DNA of 64,000 nucleotides, from the NCBI GenBank assembly GCA_001029715.1, contig CP011212.1, positions 705,066 to 769,065 of the forward strand. Direction: 5' to 3'. The position numbers and the translations under genes are program-made. A model generated the notes under the pieces. It was not told where the DNA came from. It saw only the letters and a program-made list of their open reading frames with translations, and did no database searches. The DNA comes from a candidate division TM6 bacterium GW2011_GWF2_28_16. Its GTDB lineage: Bacteria > Patescibacteriota > Microgenomatia > UBA1400 > PJMF01. Position 1 is the first letter of the stretch. Each line of letters starts with the position of its first letter. Shown piece after piece: positions 10,445-20,316 of this stretch.

Positions 10445-10951
10445 TTATTCGCTCCTTTCTTTAATTTCTTTGGTATCTTTTTTAGTACTATCATCTTTTT
10501 CGTTCTTAAATAAAATTTTTCCTAAAACTCCATTGACAAATGAAGCTGAGGTTTCAGAGCCAAATTCCTTGGCTAATTCAACGGCTTCATCAACTAAAAC
10601 TTTTTTAGGAGTTTCTTCACTGCGACTCTCAAAAATGATCAAGCGCATGATGGCTAAGTCAACTCTATTAATCTCTGAAAGAGGGCGCTCTGGAGCGTGA
10701 GAGGCAATTTCTTGGTCGATAGATGGAGCGGCCAATTTAATTGCTTCTAGTAATTCAGCGTCAGCTTCTTCAATTACTTCTGGATTAATGCATTGTTCTG
10801 CCTGTTCTTGATCTTCAAAAGTATGAGCAAACAAAAGTTGCATCAAAAAAATACGACGTTCATGTCGTTCATCGTGCTTAACTGGAGCATCATCATCTAA
10901 AAAATACATAGACATAGAAAGTAGACTAGGGGAGAAAAAGTCTTTTTTCAA
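10445..10951 (-). CDS. nusB: Transcription antitermination factor NusB
   Basis: C-terminal NusB motif ASFVNGVLGKI and an alpha-helical composition. The true start is probably an internal Met. Confidence 0.8.
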   Translation of the reverse strand: MKKDFFSPSLLSMSMYFLDDDAPVKHDERHERRIFLMQLLFAHTFEDQEQAEQCINPEVIEEADAELLEAIKLAAPSIDQEIASHAPERPLSEINRVDLAIMRLIIFESRSEETPKKVLVDEAVELAKEFGSETSASFVNGVLGKILFKNEKDDSTKKDTKEIKERSE

Positions 10952-10965
10952 TAGGCAAAAAAGAG

Positions 10966-11123
10966 ATTTAAAGACCTAAATTTTTAAGCATGTTAGCTAC
11001 AAAGCCCTGTTTATGAAAAGGGATCTTGCTAATCTTGGCATCTTTTTCGATCTTGGCTTTATTGCCAGCGCGACGCTTGCCTTGCTCTACTCGAGTAATT
11101 TTATTTTTTGGTAGTGCACCCAT
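10966..11123 (-). CDS. rpmF: Probable 50S ribosomal protein L32 (Cys-less form). It is below the ORF-track size cutoff.
   Basis: Translation MGALPKNKITRVEQGKRRAGNKAKI... matches the L32 N-terminal pattern A-x-PK-x-K-x-S/T...KRR. Confidence 0.45.
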
Positions 11124-11278
11124 ATGATTTCTTCCTTTTTATTTTATTCTTAGCAAAGAAAGGATTATAACTGCTCTGGTAGATAAGCGCAAGATTTGAC
11201 TAACTTATAGGATACAGATACAATTTGTTTGTCGAGAAACACTTATAAAAGTTTTTTAAAGATATTAGGACTAAACAT

Positions 11279-13288
11279 ATGCCTTCTTATAGTTCAGCTT
11301 TTACAAAAGAAACAGACGCCTATTCTGCGCAAGAACAGCAATCTGGAAGTACAGAATTTTCCAAGGGATTATTAAATAGCTTAAAAAGATCTGACTCTCT
11401 CAGAAAAAAAGCTTTTCCAGGATTTTTTGATCGCCAAATTCCACAGGGTCAAAAGAGAGAGCTTGCTACTGATTTTAATAAAGCAGTCAGAGAATATAAC
11501 AGGAACAGACGTAAATTAATTGATATAAGCAAATTTGGCTATGAACCTGGAGTCAAGCTCTTTAGTATCCAAGAAATTTTGGAAAATACAGCCAAAATTT
11601 TTCAAAGGATAGGAGATACTTTATCCAAATATCCAAAAGATCGCACAGAACCTGTTACAAACTCTTCGAGCTTTGATCATTCTTTTGGTGGACAAAGAGT
11701 AAATAAATGGCTAGCTACAGGCTCCATCTTAACAATGGCTACTATATTGGCAAGTTGTACGCCTGAGGCAATTGTTTCCCCTTCACAAGAAGCTCCTGGA
11801 GATCAAGAAAATGATCCCAATTCTACACAAAGCATCATAGATAGCACTAGTGAAGGACAAGAAGTTGACCCAGGCTCACCTGAAGCCACTGAAGTCACCG
11901 CTGCCGAACTTGAAACCCTGAATACAGACATTAACCAAAAAATTGATGAAGCCGTCAAAGTGGCAGAAGAAACCAATCCTGCCGCCGCGGCCCAATTTGC
12001 TGAAAGCAACGGCGCAGAAACCGCCGCTAACATTTTCGCTAACAAACTAGCTGCAGAAAGAATTCTTGATCCCAAAGCTTATGAAATTTCTCTGATTTCA
12101 ACTAGTGGTCAAGCTCGCCTCGAATTAACTGCCGAAAGCCCTTGGGGCGCAGCTGGTGATGTAAGTGTTATTGATACTGGAGAAAAAGACGGCATGTTCC
12201 TATCTCTTGAAGGTGGACTGGAGTCTCTCGGAATAGCTGCCACTCCTGAAAATGTTAAAAACTACGAAATAGTTTTTGATGAGGGAGGTTGGTATGCTGC
12301 CATTAAAGATCAATCTGGAAAAGTTATCGGCGTGGTTGGTCAAGAAAAAAAATGGACAGCTGATATAGAAAATGCCACCGCACTTGAGCCTCTCTTTGAT
12401 ACTTCTAGCGCACTAGATACTTATTTGGAAAGTGGGAGCATTGACACTAGTGAAATGAGCGCAGCAGAATTCGCGGAGTTTAGCAAAGCACTAGCTGAAA
12501 AAAGAAATGAGGATAGGGGAATTAGCGTCGTTGTCTTTGACAACGGAGATGGCAATCCTGCTTATATAGACAATAATCTGGACATGAAACCATATGATGG
12601 CAATCCAGACCAAAGTGAAGTCATTGAAATGTTCTTGCCAGTTGCTGGCAAAGATAGTGCTGGCAACCTTCAGGTTGAACAAGATGGCAAAATCATCACC
12701 ATTAGTAATTCAGCAGATGTTGATTGGAATATGATCGTTACTGATTCAAATGATCCTAGAATTGATTGGCCAACAGGAGACGCTAAAGAAACTCTGAATT
12801 GGATGATAAATGAATATCCAACTGGTCCGGTTGTACTAAAACCAATGATTTTATTAGATAAAACACCACATAGTTTCTTTATCGAAGGATTTGGTATGAA
12901 GGGAGGATTCAAAGTATTGAGCGTGGAAGAAACTGACGCTAATGGCATGCCAATACTATTTAGGGTGTCGCTAGTAGAGCCAGTTGGACCATTATTACTA
13001 GAAGAAGGGACTGACTTAAAACTACGAAGAAATAGTGCAAGCTTGGAAATGAGTAATGATGATAAATTTTTCAGTAATTTACAAACAAATAGTGTTTACT
13101 ATATTGGATTGTCTACTAACGCAGATAAAACTTTTAAAATTAATTTTCCTCGTGTTGATTCCGCAGCACTAGATAATTATCAAGGCATAATAGCTAGTGG
13201 CAAGGCTTTCCCGATACTAACCAATCAAGAAAATGATAAAGAAAACTTTACAGTTTTCTTTACAGATTTATTTTTAAAAAAGAAATAA
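11279..13288 (+). CDS. Hypothetical large membrane-anchored protein (about 145-aa cytoplasmic N-terminus, one TM, about 500-aa extracytoplasmic domain)
   Basis: Single hydrophobic segment WLATGSILTMATILA. No recognisable catalytic motifs. First gene of a plus-strand operon ending in a prepilin. Confidence 0.5.
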   Translation: MPSYSSAFTKETDAYSAQEQQSGSTEFSKGLLNSLKRSDSLRKKAFPGFFDRQIPQGQKRELATDFNKAVREYNRNRRKLIDISKFGYEPGVKLFSIQEILENTAKIFQRIGDTLSKYPKDRTEPVTNSSSFDHSFGGQRVNKWLATGSILTMATILASCTPEAIVSPSQEAPGDQENDPNSTQSIIDSTSEGQEVDPGSPEATEVTAAELETLNTDINQKIDEAVKVAEETNPAAAAQFAESNGAETAANIFANKLAAERILDPKAYEISLISTSGQARLELTAESPWGAAGDVSVIDTGEKDGMFLSLEGGLESLGIAATPENVKNYEIVFDEGGWYAAIKDQSGKVIGVVGQEKKWTADIENATALEPLFDTSSALDTYLESGSIDTSEMSAAEFAEFSKALAEKRNEDRGISVVVFDNGDGNPAYIDNNLDMKPYDGNPDQSEVIEMFLPVAGKDSAGNLQVEQDGKIITISNSADVDWNMIVTDSNDPRIDWPTGDAKETLNWMINEYPTGPVVLKPMILLDKTPHSFFIEGFGMKGGFKVLSVEETDANGMPILFRVSLVEPVGPLLLEEGTDLKLRRNSASLEMSNDDKFFSNLQTNSVYYIGLSTNADKTFKINFPRVDSAALDNYQGIIASGKAFPILTNQENDKENFTVFFTDLFLKKK

Positions 13289-13350
13289 AATTAAATTTTA
13301 AGCTTACTTGCTTGTTGCTATTGTAGTAAAAAAGATGATACGATTTATTC

Positions 13351-13959
13351 GTGAAAAAGAAAATTTTTGTCTCTGTAATTAGTTTGCTTTGTCTACTTGG
13401 ATTAATCTTCTTTTTTTACAATACCTATTCAAAAAATCGTAAACCTAGTGGTACAACAAAGAGACTAGTCTATAATCCAGAATTTTCCAGCTGGGAAGAG
13501 ATTGATTCTTCAAAAGACCCTGTTTCTGAATATGATCGTTCAGACATTCTAAAAAAAGATGACAACCAGAGTGGTCTGCATAATGAGACTGTATTAAAAG
13601 GTTACTTTGATCACTACGATGAAAATAATCAAGAGTTATCAATTAAGTTTTTAGTACCCTTCACTCAAGGTATATTTGAAATCGCCAAGCTGAAATTATT
13701 ACCAAGTCAAACCATTCACTGCGCTCCAGAAACTTATATTGATCCCAATACTGGTAAAAGTTATAGCTTAAAAAAACTAGCTATACCTACCAAAACAGGA
13801 AATACTCTGTGGATTCCAACAGAAGAACCAATTACTTTTGAAAATTTCCTGGCACAAACCAATGAAACAACCTATTTGTACACTCAATTAATTGAAGATT
13901 ATGATTCTCAAAAAATAAACTACGTACAAAAATTAATTGTCATCGGCTTATGCGAATAA
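13351..13959 (+). CDS. Hypothetical membrane-anchored protein
   Basis: N-terminal signal anchor MKKKIFVSVISLLCLLGLIFFFY. Its last 10 nt overlap the next gene. Confidence 0.5.
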   Translation: MKKKIFVSVISLLCLLGLIFFFYNTYSKNRKPSGTTKRLVYNPEFSSWEEIDSSKDPVSEYDRSDILKKDDNQSGLHNETVLKGYFDHYDENNQELSIKFLVPFTQGIFEIAKLKLLPSQTIHCAPETYIDPNTGKSYSLKKLAIPTKTGNTLWIPTEEPITFENFLAQTNETTYLYTQLIEDYDSQKINYVQKLIVIGLCE

Positions 13960-15746
13960 AACTACTCATTAATTTAATGTTTATAGCAATCTTCAGTATT
14001 GCACTTACTCCGTCTGCTATCGCACTCACAGAAGAGGAGATAGCTGAGGCAATAGCCGCTTGTGCAGCTAAAACCACCTGCACAGAATGCACTGGCGTTT
14101 GTGGCACACAGAATTGCACTTATAGCAAAGCTTACACTAGCTATATTTATGATCCACCAACTTATCAAGTTTGTGACTTACAATGTTGGGACCAAAATAT
14201 GGTTGATGCCACTCCCGATGGTGAGTATTGGACTGTTCCTGGACATGAAGATGTGACCTGTACAGAAGAATGTTGGCCTGTTTCTTACAATGATGCAATA
14301 AATCAAAGTTGTATTACAGAATCAGCCAACGATATTCTCTGCAACTGCGATAATCCAACTGACCCTACTCCTACACCCATTGATGGTGAGGGTGGTGGCT
14401 CTACAACTCCAGAAACCATCCCAGATTTATTTGGATTTATAAGTGGCAGAGTACAAGAAGATAACGGAGCTGCATTTAGTGGCAATTTTTGCACTCAGGC
14501 AACTACCAATCCATTAGCTAATAATAATTTTAGTATCACAGCTGGAACATATCCTGGAACTTTTAGTACGACCGCTGTAGGTGCTTATGAATCTATCGTT
14601 CGTGATGGCAGCACCTACACTGTTTCTCTAGATTTATCTAATCAAAATGGCTCCACCGAATATATTTGTTCTTGTCCAGCAGCTGCTGACCCAAATAATC
14701 CTTATCTCTGTCGTTACTATGGCGTAAGCCCAGATACTGCAAATGTTAATTTTTATCTACAAGTTAGCAATCTCTCCAATGACTCTTGGTTTCAAGTCTT
14801 TGGTGGCAATTTATTTAGTCGCTATGGCATAGCTAGTAGCGTACCTGCTACTTCTTGTGCTGCAGATGCTTCCTGCCAAGCTGCTTTATCAGCTTTACCT
14901 CTTGGCTCCAGTAATCAAAACTTCAGTGGTTTTGCAATTAGCAATCTTGCCAATTCTGGCAGTATTATTAGTAGCAGTAGCGAAGGTTTTGATCATTCTT
15001 ATCTTACCCTTGCAGATAGAATTAATAACGTTAATTCTTATGCAGTTAGTACCGATATTAACCAACTATCCTATGATTATTTTTATAAGTTAGTCGAGGA
15101 TGATCTTCATGAATTTAGCAATGGAGAAAACTACGAACCGTTGCTCAGTGATTTAACCGGCAACGCCTGGTGGAGTAGCACCGAAACTAACTTCATCAAG
15201 GTTAACGGCAATGTTAACATAGACGAAACCCAAGGCTTTAATCTTACGAGTGATCAAAGCCTGGTTGTCTTCGTTGAAGGCAATCTAACTCTTGATGACA
15301 GTAATACTGGTGACAGTAATCATAAAATTATCAGCGTTGCGAATGGTGGTTTTCTAGCCTTCTTCGTCAATGGCAACATTTTGGTAAGCGCTGATGTTGG
15401 CTATGAACTTAATCCTGACGTTCCAACTGTCCCAACAGCTTCAGTAGCTAATAGCAATATTGAAGGTGTCTTTATTGCTAATGGGACTTTAACTATTGGT
15501 AATAAATTTGACATTGGAGAGGTCCCTCCAGATCGTAAATTCATCGGTGCAGGCACTTTTGTCGGCTGGACTGGCGTCAATCTAGATCGTACTTTTGACG
15601 ATGGAGTTTTTGGCCCTATTTTAAACAATAATCAAGCTATAGAAAACTTTATTTATCGCCCAGACTTCTTAGCTAACTGGCCAACTAAACTTAAGGCTAG
15701 CTTGAGTAACTGGCGTGAAGTTGATCCTCAACTCATTAATCAATAA
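13950..15746 (+). CDS. Secreted Cys-rich protein, candidate pilus-associated adhesin
   Basis: Signal peptide, then about 20 Cys in the first 130 mature residues, a PTDPTPTP linker, then an Asn/Gly/Ser-rich region with beta-rich (possibly beta-helix-like) composition. Its stop overlaps the start of the downstream prepilin (TAATG). Confidence 0.55.
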   Translation: MRIKLLINLMFIAIFSIALTPSAIALTEEEIAEAIAACAAKTTCTECTGVCGTQNCTYSKAYTSYIYDPPTYQVCDLQCWDQNMVDATPDGEYWTVPGHEDVTCTEECWPVSYNDAINQSCITESANDILCNCDNPTDPTPTPIDGEGGGSTTPETIPDLFGFISGRVQEDNGAAFSGNFCTQATTNPLANNNFSITAGTYPGTFSTTAVGAYESIVRDGSTYTVSLDLSNQNGSTEYICSCPAAADPNNPYLCRYYGVSPDTANVNFYLQVSNLSNDSWFQVFGGNLFSRYGIASSVPATSCAADASCQAALSALPLGSSNQNFSGFAISNLANSGSIISSSSEGFDHSYLTLADRINNVNSYAVSTDINQLSYDYFYKLVEDDLHEFSNGENYEPLLSDLTGNAWWSSTETNFIKVNGNVNIDETQGFNLTSDQSLVVFVEGNLTLDDSNTGDSNHKIISVANGGFLAFFVNGNILVSADVGYELNPDVPTVPTASVANSNIEGVFIANGTLTIGNKFDIGEVPPDRKFIGAGTFVGWTGVNLDRTFDDGVFGPILNNNQAIENFIYRPDFLANWPTKLKASLSNWREVDPQLINQ

Positions 15747-16255
15747 TGAAGAACCAAAAAGCTTTTACTTTGCTCGAACTACTAATTACTTCTAGTATTA
15801 CTGCCTTATTGATGTTGGCTATCAGCAGCCTTTTTATTACTTTTCTTGCCACTGCTTATAAAAGTCGCATTAGTCAAAATCTCCGTGAATCGGGTGGCAA
15901 CGCCATGACACAAATTATTGACATGATCAGAAGTAGCGGAGAAATTACCTCGACTTGCGATAGCGAAACACCACTCGACCACATTACTGTCACTGGTGAA
16001 GATGGAGTAGAAAGCACCATCATTGAAGAAGATGACCGCATTGCCTCAGTCTCAGCTGAAAAAAAATTCTATCTAACTGAAAGTAGCGCTGATTCCAATT
16101 ACGTTTCTGATTTAGTTTTCAATTGTGACTTAACTCCAGAGGGGAAAAAATACATTGAAGTCAACTTCTCTCTCCACACTGGAGACAACGAAGCCAGCAA
16201 TAGCGCTAGATCGACCAGTCTGGATTTTAGCTCAGGAGTGGCGACGAGGAATTAG
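15746..16255 (+). CDS. Type IV prepilin-like protein (minor pilin or pseudopilin)
   Basis: Class III signal: QKAFTLLELLI, with Glu at +5 relative to the predicted cleavage after Ala. Confidence 0.7.
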   Translation: MKNQKAFTLLELLITSSITALLMLAISSLFITFLATAYKSRISQNLRESGGNAMTQIIDMIRSSGEITSTCDSETPLDHITVTGEDGVESTIIEEDDRIASVSAEKKFYLTESSADSNYVSDLVFNCDLTPEGKKYIEVNFSLHTGDNEASNSARSTSLDFSSGVATRN

Positions 16256-16323
16256 GTTTTTTGACAAGATATCCAAAAAAGACGCTTAGATCAACGAGTA
16301 TTCTCACACTATCACTAAAAAAA

Positions 16324-16332
16324 TGTTATAAT
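16324..16332 (+). promoter_or_regulatory. Extended -10 promoter element (TGTTATAAT) for the SH3b-protein gene
   Basis: TGn-TATAAT match about 200 nt upstream of the SD-preceded start at 16536. Confidence 0.4.
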
Positions 16333-16535
16333 GACTCTCGAGGTTTTATACCCCGTGATTTTTTGCAATCGCGAGAAATTGGTTACAAACCTTAGTTCTT
16401 TAATAAGTGAAGAGAGATTTTTGCGGTGAGAACAAATTTATTTTTTAAAAATGGATTTGCCCTCACCGCAATCAAACAAAGTGATGAGGCCAAGAAAATT
16501 TTTTGAACTATTCCAGATATCAAGGAGGTATCTCA

Positions 16536-18163
16536 TGGAAAAGCAAAAAGGATTGTTTTTTGTTGTAGTAGTTGCTGTTATTCTAATTTTTTTAGGAATA
16601 AACAGCGACAATGTTGCAGCCTATGGCTGCAGCATAACAGAGTTTTCGATGACGCCAGAAGGACAGGTTTCATTGGGAACCCACGTTTTTTTGAGTGGAA
16701 AGAGTAGTTGCGCCACCGTGAAATTTACGGTGGACGGAGTTTCCAAAGCTGAAATTGGAACTTCAAACCAAACCGAGACCCTCAAAACTGAGGAGATCGG
16801 AACTGGCACTCATGAAGTCTGTTTTCTTGCGAGAGATAACAGCACCTCTAGTTGGGATAATGTAGCTAAAAGCTGCAAATCTCTATACGTACAAGGCTCC
16901 CAAGGAGCTCCCGCAGATAGCACCGTCAACGGGCATTGCTGGGTAAGCAGTTTTACTGCTTCACCAAGCAAAGTTCAAATTGGACAAAGCATCCAATTAG
17001 CTGGCTACGGTCAATGTGACGGGAATGCTCGTGCAAGTAAATTTTACATTGACGGGAAGTCTTTTGCTGAATTTGGTGGCAACACTAATTCAGCAGCATG
17101 GAATACCAGCGGGTATTCCACGGGAAATCATAAAGTTTGCTTCTTAATAACGAGTGGTGAATGGAGTGATGCGGCTAAAAGTTGCACCACTGTAACTCTT
17201 AAGAAAGAGGAGCAGGCTTCAAATCCCCCTGCACAAGGTGGATCTTCAGATAATAGAGATTCTGGTAACGACTCAAGCTCCAGTAGCTCATCTAACTCAG
17301 ATAGCTCATCCAACAACAATCCATCGTCAAGCTCTACCTCTCAGACTTGCCTAAAACATGTCGAGCCTTTCTCCGCAGGAGACCTTGGAGAAGTGACCCC
17401 TGGTGCTTCGAATAATCTCCGTTCTTGTGCAGGATTATCCTGTAAAAAAATAGGGGAAATTCCAGCCGGAGGACAATTTGAAGTGCTCAAAGGCGCGCAA
17501 TGCGTCGATGGGTACTGGTGGTGGAAAGTAAAATACGGCAACCTAACTGGCTGGACTGCTGAAGGTAATGCTCAGAAAGCATGGCTGATTAAAGCAGGAA
17601 CCAATCAAACTGCTAATAACAATTCTGATATCCAGAAAGATATTACCGTAAACATCTATTCTGACCACTGGAGAACAACATATAAGTTCTTGGTAAATAC
17701 AAGAACTTGTTCTATCACCAATGGTGCCGAAATAATTTCGAAAGAGATTAAATATTTCGACAACCGAATAGGACAGTTAGAACCTGATAAAACAGCAGGT
17801 TCAAGATTTGTTCTTTATTTTGCAGAAAATACTGGACAATCAGAAATATTTCGCAAAAAGGTTGAGAGTGAAATAAAAGAGGTAACAAATTGCTATAGAA
17901 TCTACTACAATGTTGGCAAAACCACTATGGACAGCTCTGGATTGGGGAATGTTCTTTTTGGATACGCCATGGCAAAAATCCCAAAGTGGACGGAGGATAG
18001 AATATCAGATTTATTTCAAGGTTTAAATAAAGATTCGCTGGGATGGATATTTGATAATTATGATGATGGAAAACAGCGTGAGCTCGGAAGAATTTTATCC
18101 GAACAAAGCAATTTTTCCACATCAAATGTAGAAAAAGTAGCTTGGGATATAGATCTAAATTAA
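16536..18163 (+). CDS. Membrane-anchored surface protein with a Ser-rich linker and a bacterial SH3-like domain
   Basis: Start reassigned to the ATG at 16536, preceded by AAGGAGG. The ORF-track start at 16451 lies inside a 10-bp inverted repeat. TM segment FFVVVVAVILIFLG, poly-Ser tract, SH3b-like GGQFEVLKGAQCVDGYWWWKVKYGNLTGWTAEG. Confidence 0.55.
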
Positions 18164-18188
18164 CTTCTCTTCACAATTTATTATAAAA

Positions 18189-18217
18189 AGGACTGGGAAT
18201 ATTCTCAGTCCTTTTTT
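18189..18217 (+). terminator. Rho-independent terminator (bidirectional)
   Basis: AGGACTG-N10-CAGTCCT followed by TTTTTT and preceded by AAAAA. Confidence 0.7.
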
Positions 18218-18220
18218 ACT

Positions 18221-18490
18221 TTAGAATCCAATCGAAATCGCTAATAGAAAAAAAGGTATCAGAACAGCAAGAGAAATAATACTGCAAATAGCCAAAAGCC
18301 AATAGAAAAAAACTCTTTTTTTGATAAAAGAATAAATAAAAAGAAATAAAAAAACTAATATGAAAATTATTGAGAATAAATGTTTTTCAATGTAAAAAAT
18401 ATTTAAAACAAAAAAAATTAAACTCATGAGTAAGAAAAATGCTAAAATTTTATTGTCAATAATTTTCATAAAAAAATACTTAAACACCAA
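18221..18490 (-). CDS. Hypothetical small multi-TM membrane protein (very AT-rich)
   Basis: Phe/Ile/Leu/Lys-rich hydrophobic ORF in a segment of about 20% GC. May be spurious. Confidence 0.3.
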   Translation of the reverse strand: MVFKYFFMKIIDNKILAFFLLMSLIFFVLNIFYIEKHLFSIIFILVFLFLFIYSFIKKRVFFYWLLAICSIISLAVLIPFFLLAISIGF

Positions 18491-18887
18491 ATCTATTTCT
18501 TATAGTAGGCACTAAAAAAGTTGTAAAAGAAGTCATAACCATTACAAAAGTGTTAAAAATTAAAATCACTGAAAAAGAGGCCAAAATATTTTTTAAAACA
18601 AAATGACCACTTTTTTGATTATATTTTGCTTCCTTGAATGATAAAAGTGCTGACAATACAGTGGAAAGAAAAAAACAAGGAATAATAAAAAATATTTCCA
18701 TAAAAAGAACTTTTACTAAAAAATTATCAAAAAAAACAAAAGAAAAAACAGGATAGGATTCTAATGCATAAAGCCCAATGAAAGAAATTACCATTGCTAA
18801 AAATAAAAAGAACAAAGAAGATATTATTCCAGATATTCTTCCAATTTTATAAGCTTTATTTTCAATAATATCTTTAAGAAAATTCAT
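18480..18887 (-). CDS. Hypothetical multi-TM membrane protein (very AT-rich)
   Basis: Three or four predicted TM helices in the same AT-rich segment. Confidence 0.3.
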   Translation of the reverse strand: MNFLKDIIENKAYKIGRISGIISSLFFLFLAMVISFIGLYALESYPVFSFVFFDNFLVKVLFMEIFFIIPCFFLSTVLSALLSFKEAKYNQKSGHFVLKNILASFSVILIFNTFVMVMTSFTTFLVPTIRNRFGV

Positions 18888-18928
18888 TGATAGATCATAT
18901 TATACTATAGCTATCTCTACCTGCATAA

Positions 18929-19426
18929 TTAATAGTTCTCAAAATTCTGCTCAATAGTCAGATCTTTTGCCTTATTACCATCTTGCCACAACAAATCGAT
19001 TTCTACTTTTAGACTGTTGGCGTTATTGAAATTAACCACTGCTTCTCTTTGAAATTCATATTTTGCTGCTTCAAGAAAATCTCCATCAGCACAAGCGCCT
19101 AAATTGGCTGACGCGCTTGCCACGCTATCAGGTAAGGAATTTAAGCAATAAACAGCTCCATCATCCAAAGGAGTAGAGAAGCTAGACCAACTGTTAATAG
19201 AACGCTCTCTACGAAAAAACTCTAGGGCTTCTTGAGCTTTTTGAAGAGCTAATTGTTTTTGTTCATTGCTATCTGACAATTTTATCGACATGGAAATCAT
19301 TGAACCAACGGCGGTTAAAACTAAAGCTATCACAGAAATAGCGATCAGAATTTCTACCAAAGTAGATCCAGCTTGCCTTTGATTTTTTTTATTGATATCT
19401 GACATCGATATTACCTCCCTGATCAA
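18929..19426 (-). CDS. Type IV prepilin-like protein (minor pilin)
   Basis: RQAGSTLVEILIAISVIALVL: G-S-T-L-V-E with Glu at +5, then a hydrophobic helix. Confidence 0.65.
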   Translation of the reverse strand: MIREVISMSDINKKNQRQAGSTLVEILIAISVIALVLTAVGSMISMSIKLSDSNEQKQLALQKAQEALEFFRRERSINSWSSFSTPLDDGAVYCLNSLPDSVASASANLGACADGDFLEAAKYEFQREAVVNFNNANSLKVEIDLLWQDGNKAKDLTIEQNFENY

Positions 19427-19922
19427 AATTAAGGATCACTTCATCTTCTCCAGAGCTAAGCGTAGCGCTACCACTTGCTACCGAACTTCCTCCCAAATAA
19501 ACATTGCTTCCACGCAAAGGCAAAAAAGAAACTCTAAAATTTTGACTCAAAACAATATTATTCTGATCAATTAAATAGTTTTCATAGGTTAAAAGATCAT
19601 TGTTTTCACAGCGAACCTGAGTATTTAAAGAAATTTTATTCTCTGCATTTATAATGGAAAAAACCTCAATGGCGGCTAATTTACTGCAAAAACCAATTTC
19701 TTCATCTCCCAAAAAACCATTCTGAGCTTTAGAACGAGCATCTTTAATCATTACTTCGATTGCTGATCCAGCTTTATAGAGATTTTGCTTGTTAAGAAAA
19801 CGTAGATAGTTGACTGCCCCCATTGTCAAAACAAGAACTAGAACTGAAACCGTGATTAATAATTCGACCAAAGTAAAAGCAGTTTGATTTCTAGAAAGCG
19901 ATGATGTCATAAGCTTCTGCAT
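19389..19922 (-). CDS. Type IV prepilin-like protein (minor pilin)
   Basis: NQTAFTLVELLITVSVLVLVL class III signal peptide. Confidence 0.7.
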   Translation of the reverse strand: MQKLMTSSLSRNQTAFTLVELLITVSVLVLVLTMGAVNYLRFLNKQNLYKAGSAIEVMIKDARSKAQNGFLGDEEIGFCSKLAAIEVFSIINAENKISLNTQVRCENNDLLTYENYLIDQNNIVLSQNFRVSFLPLRGSNVYLGGSSVASGSATLSSGEDEVILNFDQGGNIDVRYQ

Positions 19923-20313
19923 CTGGCTCTAAAGTTGCGGTTAAAGTAACTTTTATACAATTATTAGAAGCATTAATCGCAGTACAACTAGCCTGGTAGG
20001 CATATGTCGCATTATTCTTAGGATCTTCGATCACTGGCTCAGATAAATATTCATCGGCATATAAGCTAGTTACCAAAGCAGGAAAATTGACACTATTACT
20101 CTCAGAATAATAAGCATTGTCTTGTTTATATAGGGTTAAGGCTTGCCTCATGGTCTCTAAATCGGCTTTTCGCTTAGCATTGCGACTGCTAACTCCAGCC
20201 TGAGTAAAACTAACTAATCCTGCCGCTGTTAGCAAGATGATAATTGTCGCTGAAACCAAAAGTTCAATCATGGTAAAAGCTTTTTGTTTTTTTAGCATTT
20301 TTGCTTCTTTCAA
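19891..20313 (-). CDS. Type IV pilin / GspG-like pseudopilin
   Basis: KQKAFTMIELLVSATIIILL plus a downstream RNAKRKADLETMRQAL helix, typical of T4a pilins and GspG. Confidence 0.75.
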   Translation of the reverse strand: MKEAKMLKKQKAFTMIELLVSATIIILLTAAGLVSFTQAGVSSRNAKRKADLETMRQALTLYKQDNAYYSESNSVNFPALVTSLYADEYLSEPVIEDPKNNATYAYQASCTAINASNNCIKVTLTATLEPDAEAYDIIAF

Positions 20314-20316
20314 TCT

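Noticed and set aside
16451-16535. ORF-track start codon at 16451 for the SH3b protein
   Set aside because: The ATG lies inside the 10-bp inverted repeat and has no RBS. An ATG at 16536 is preceded by AAGGAGG and starts at the TM segment.
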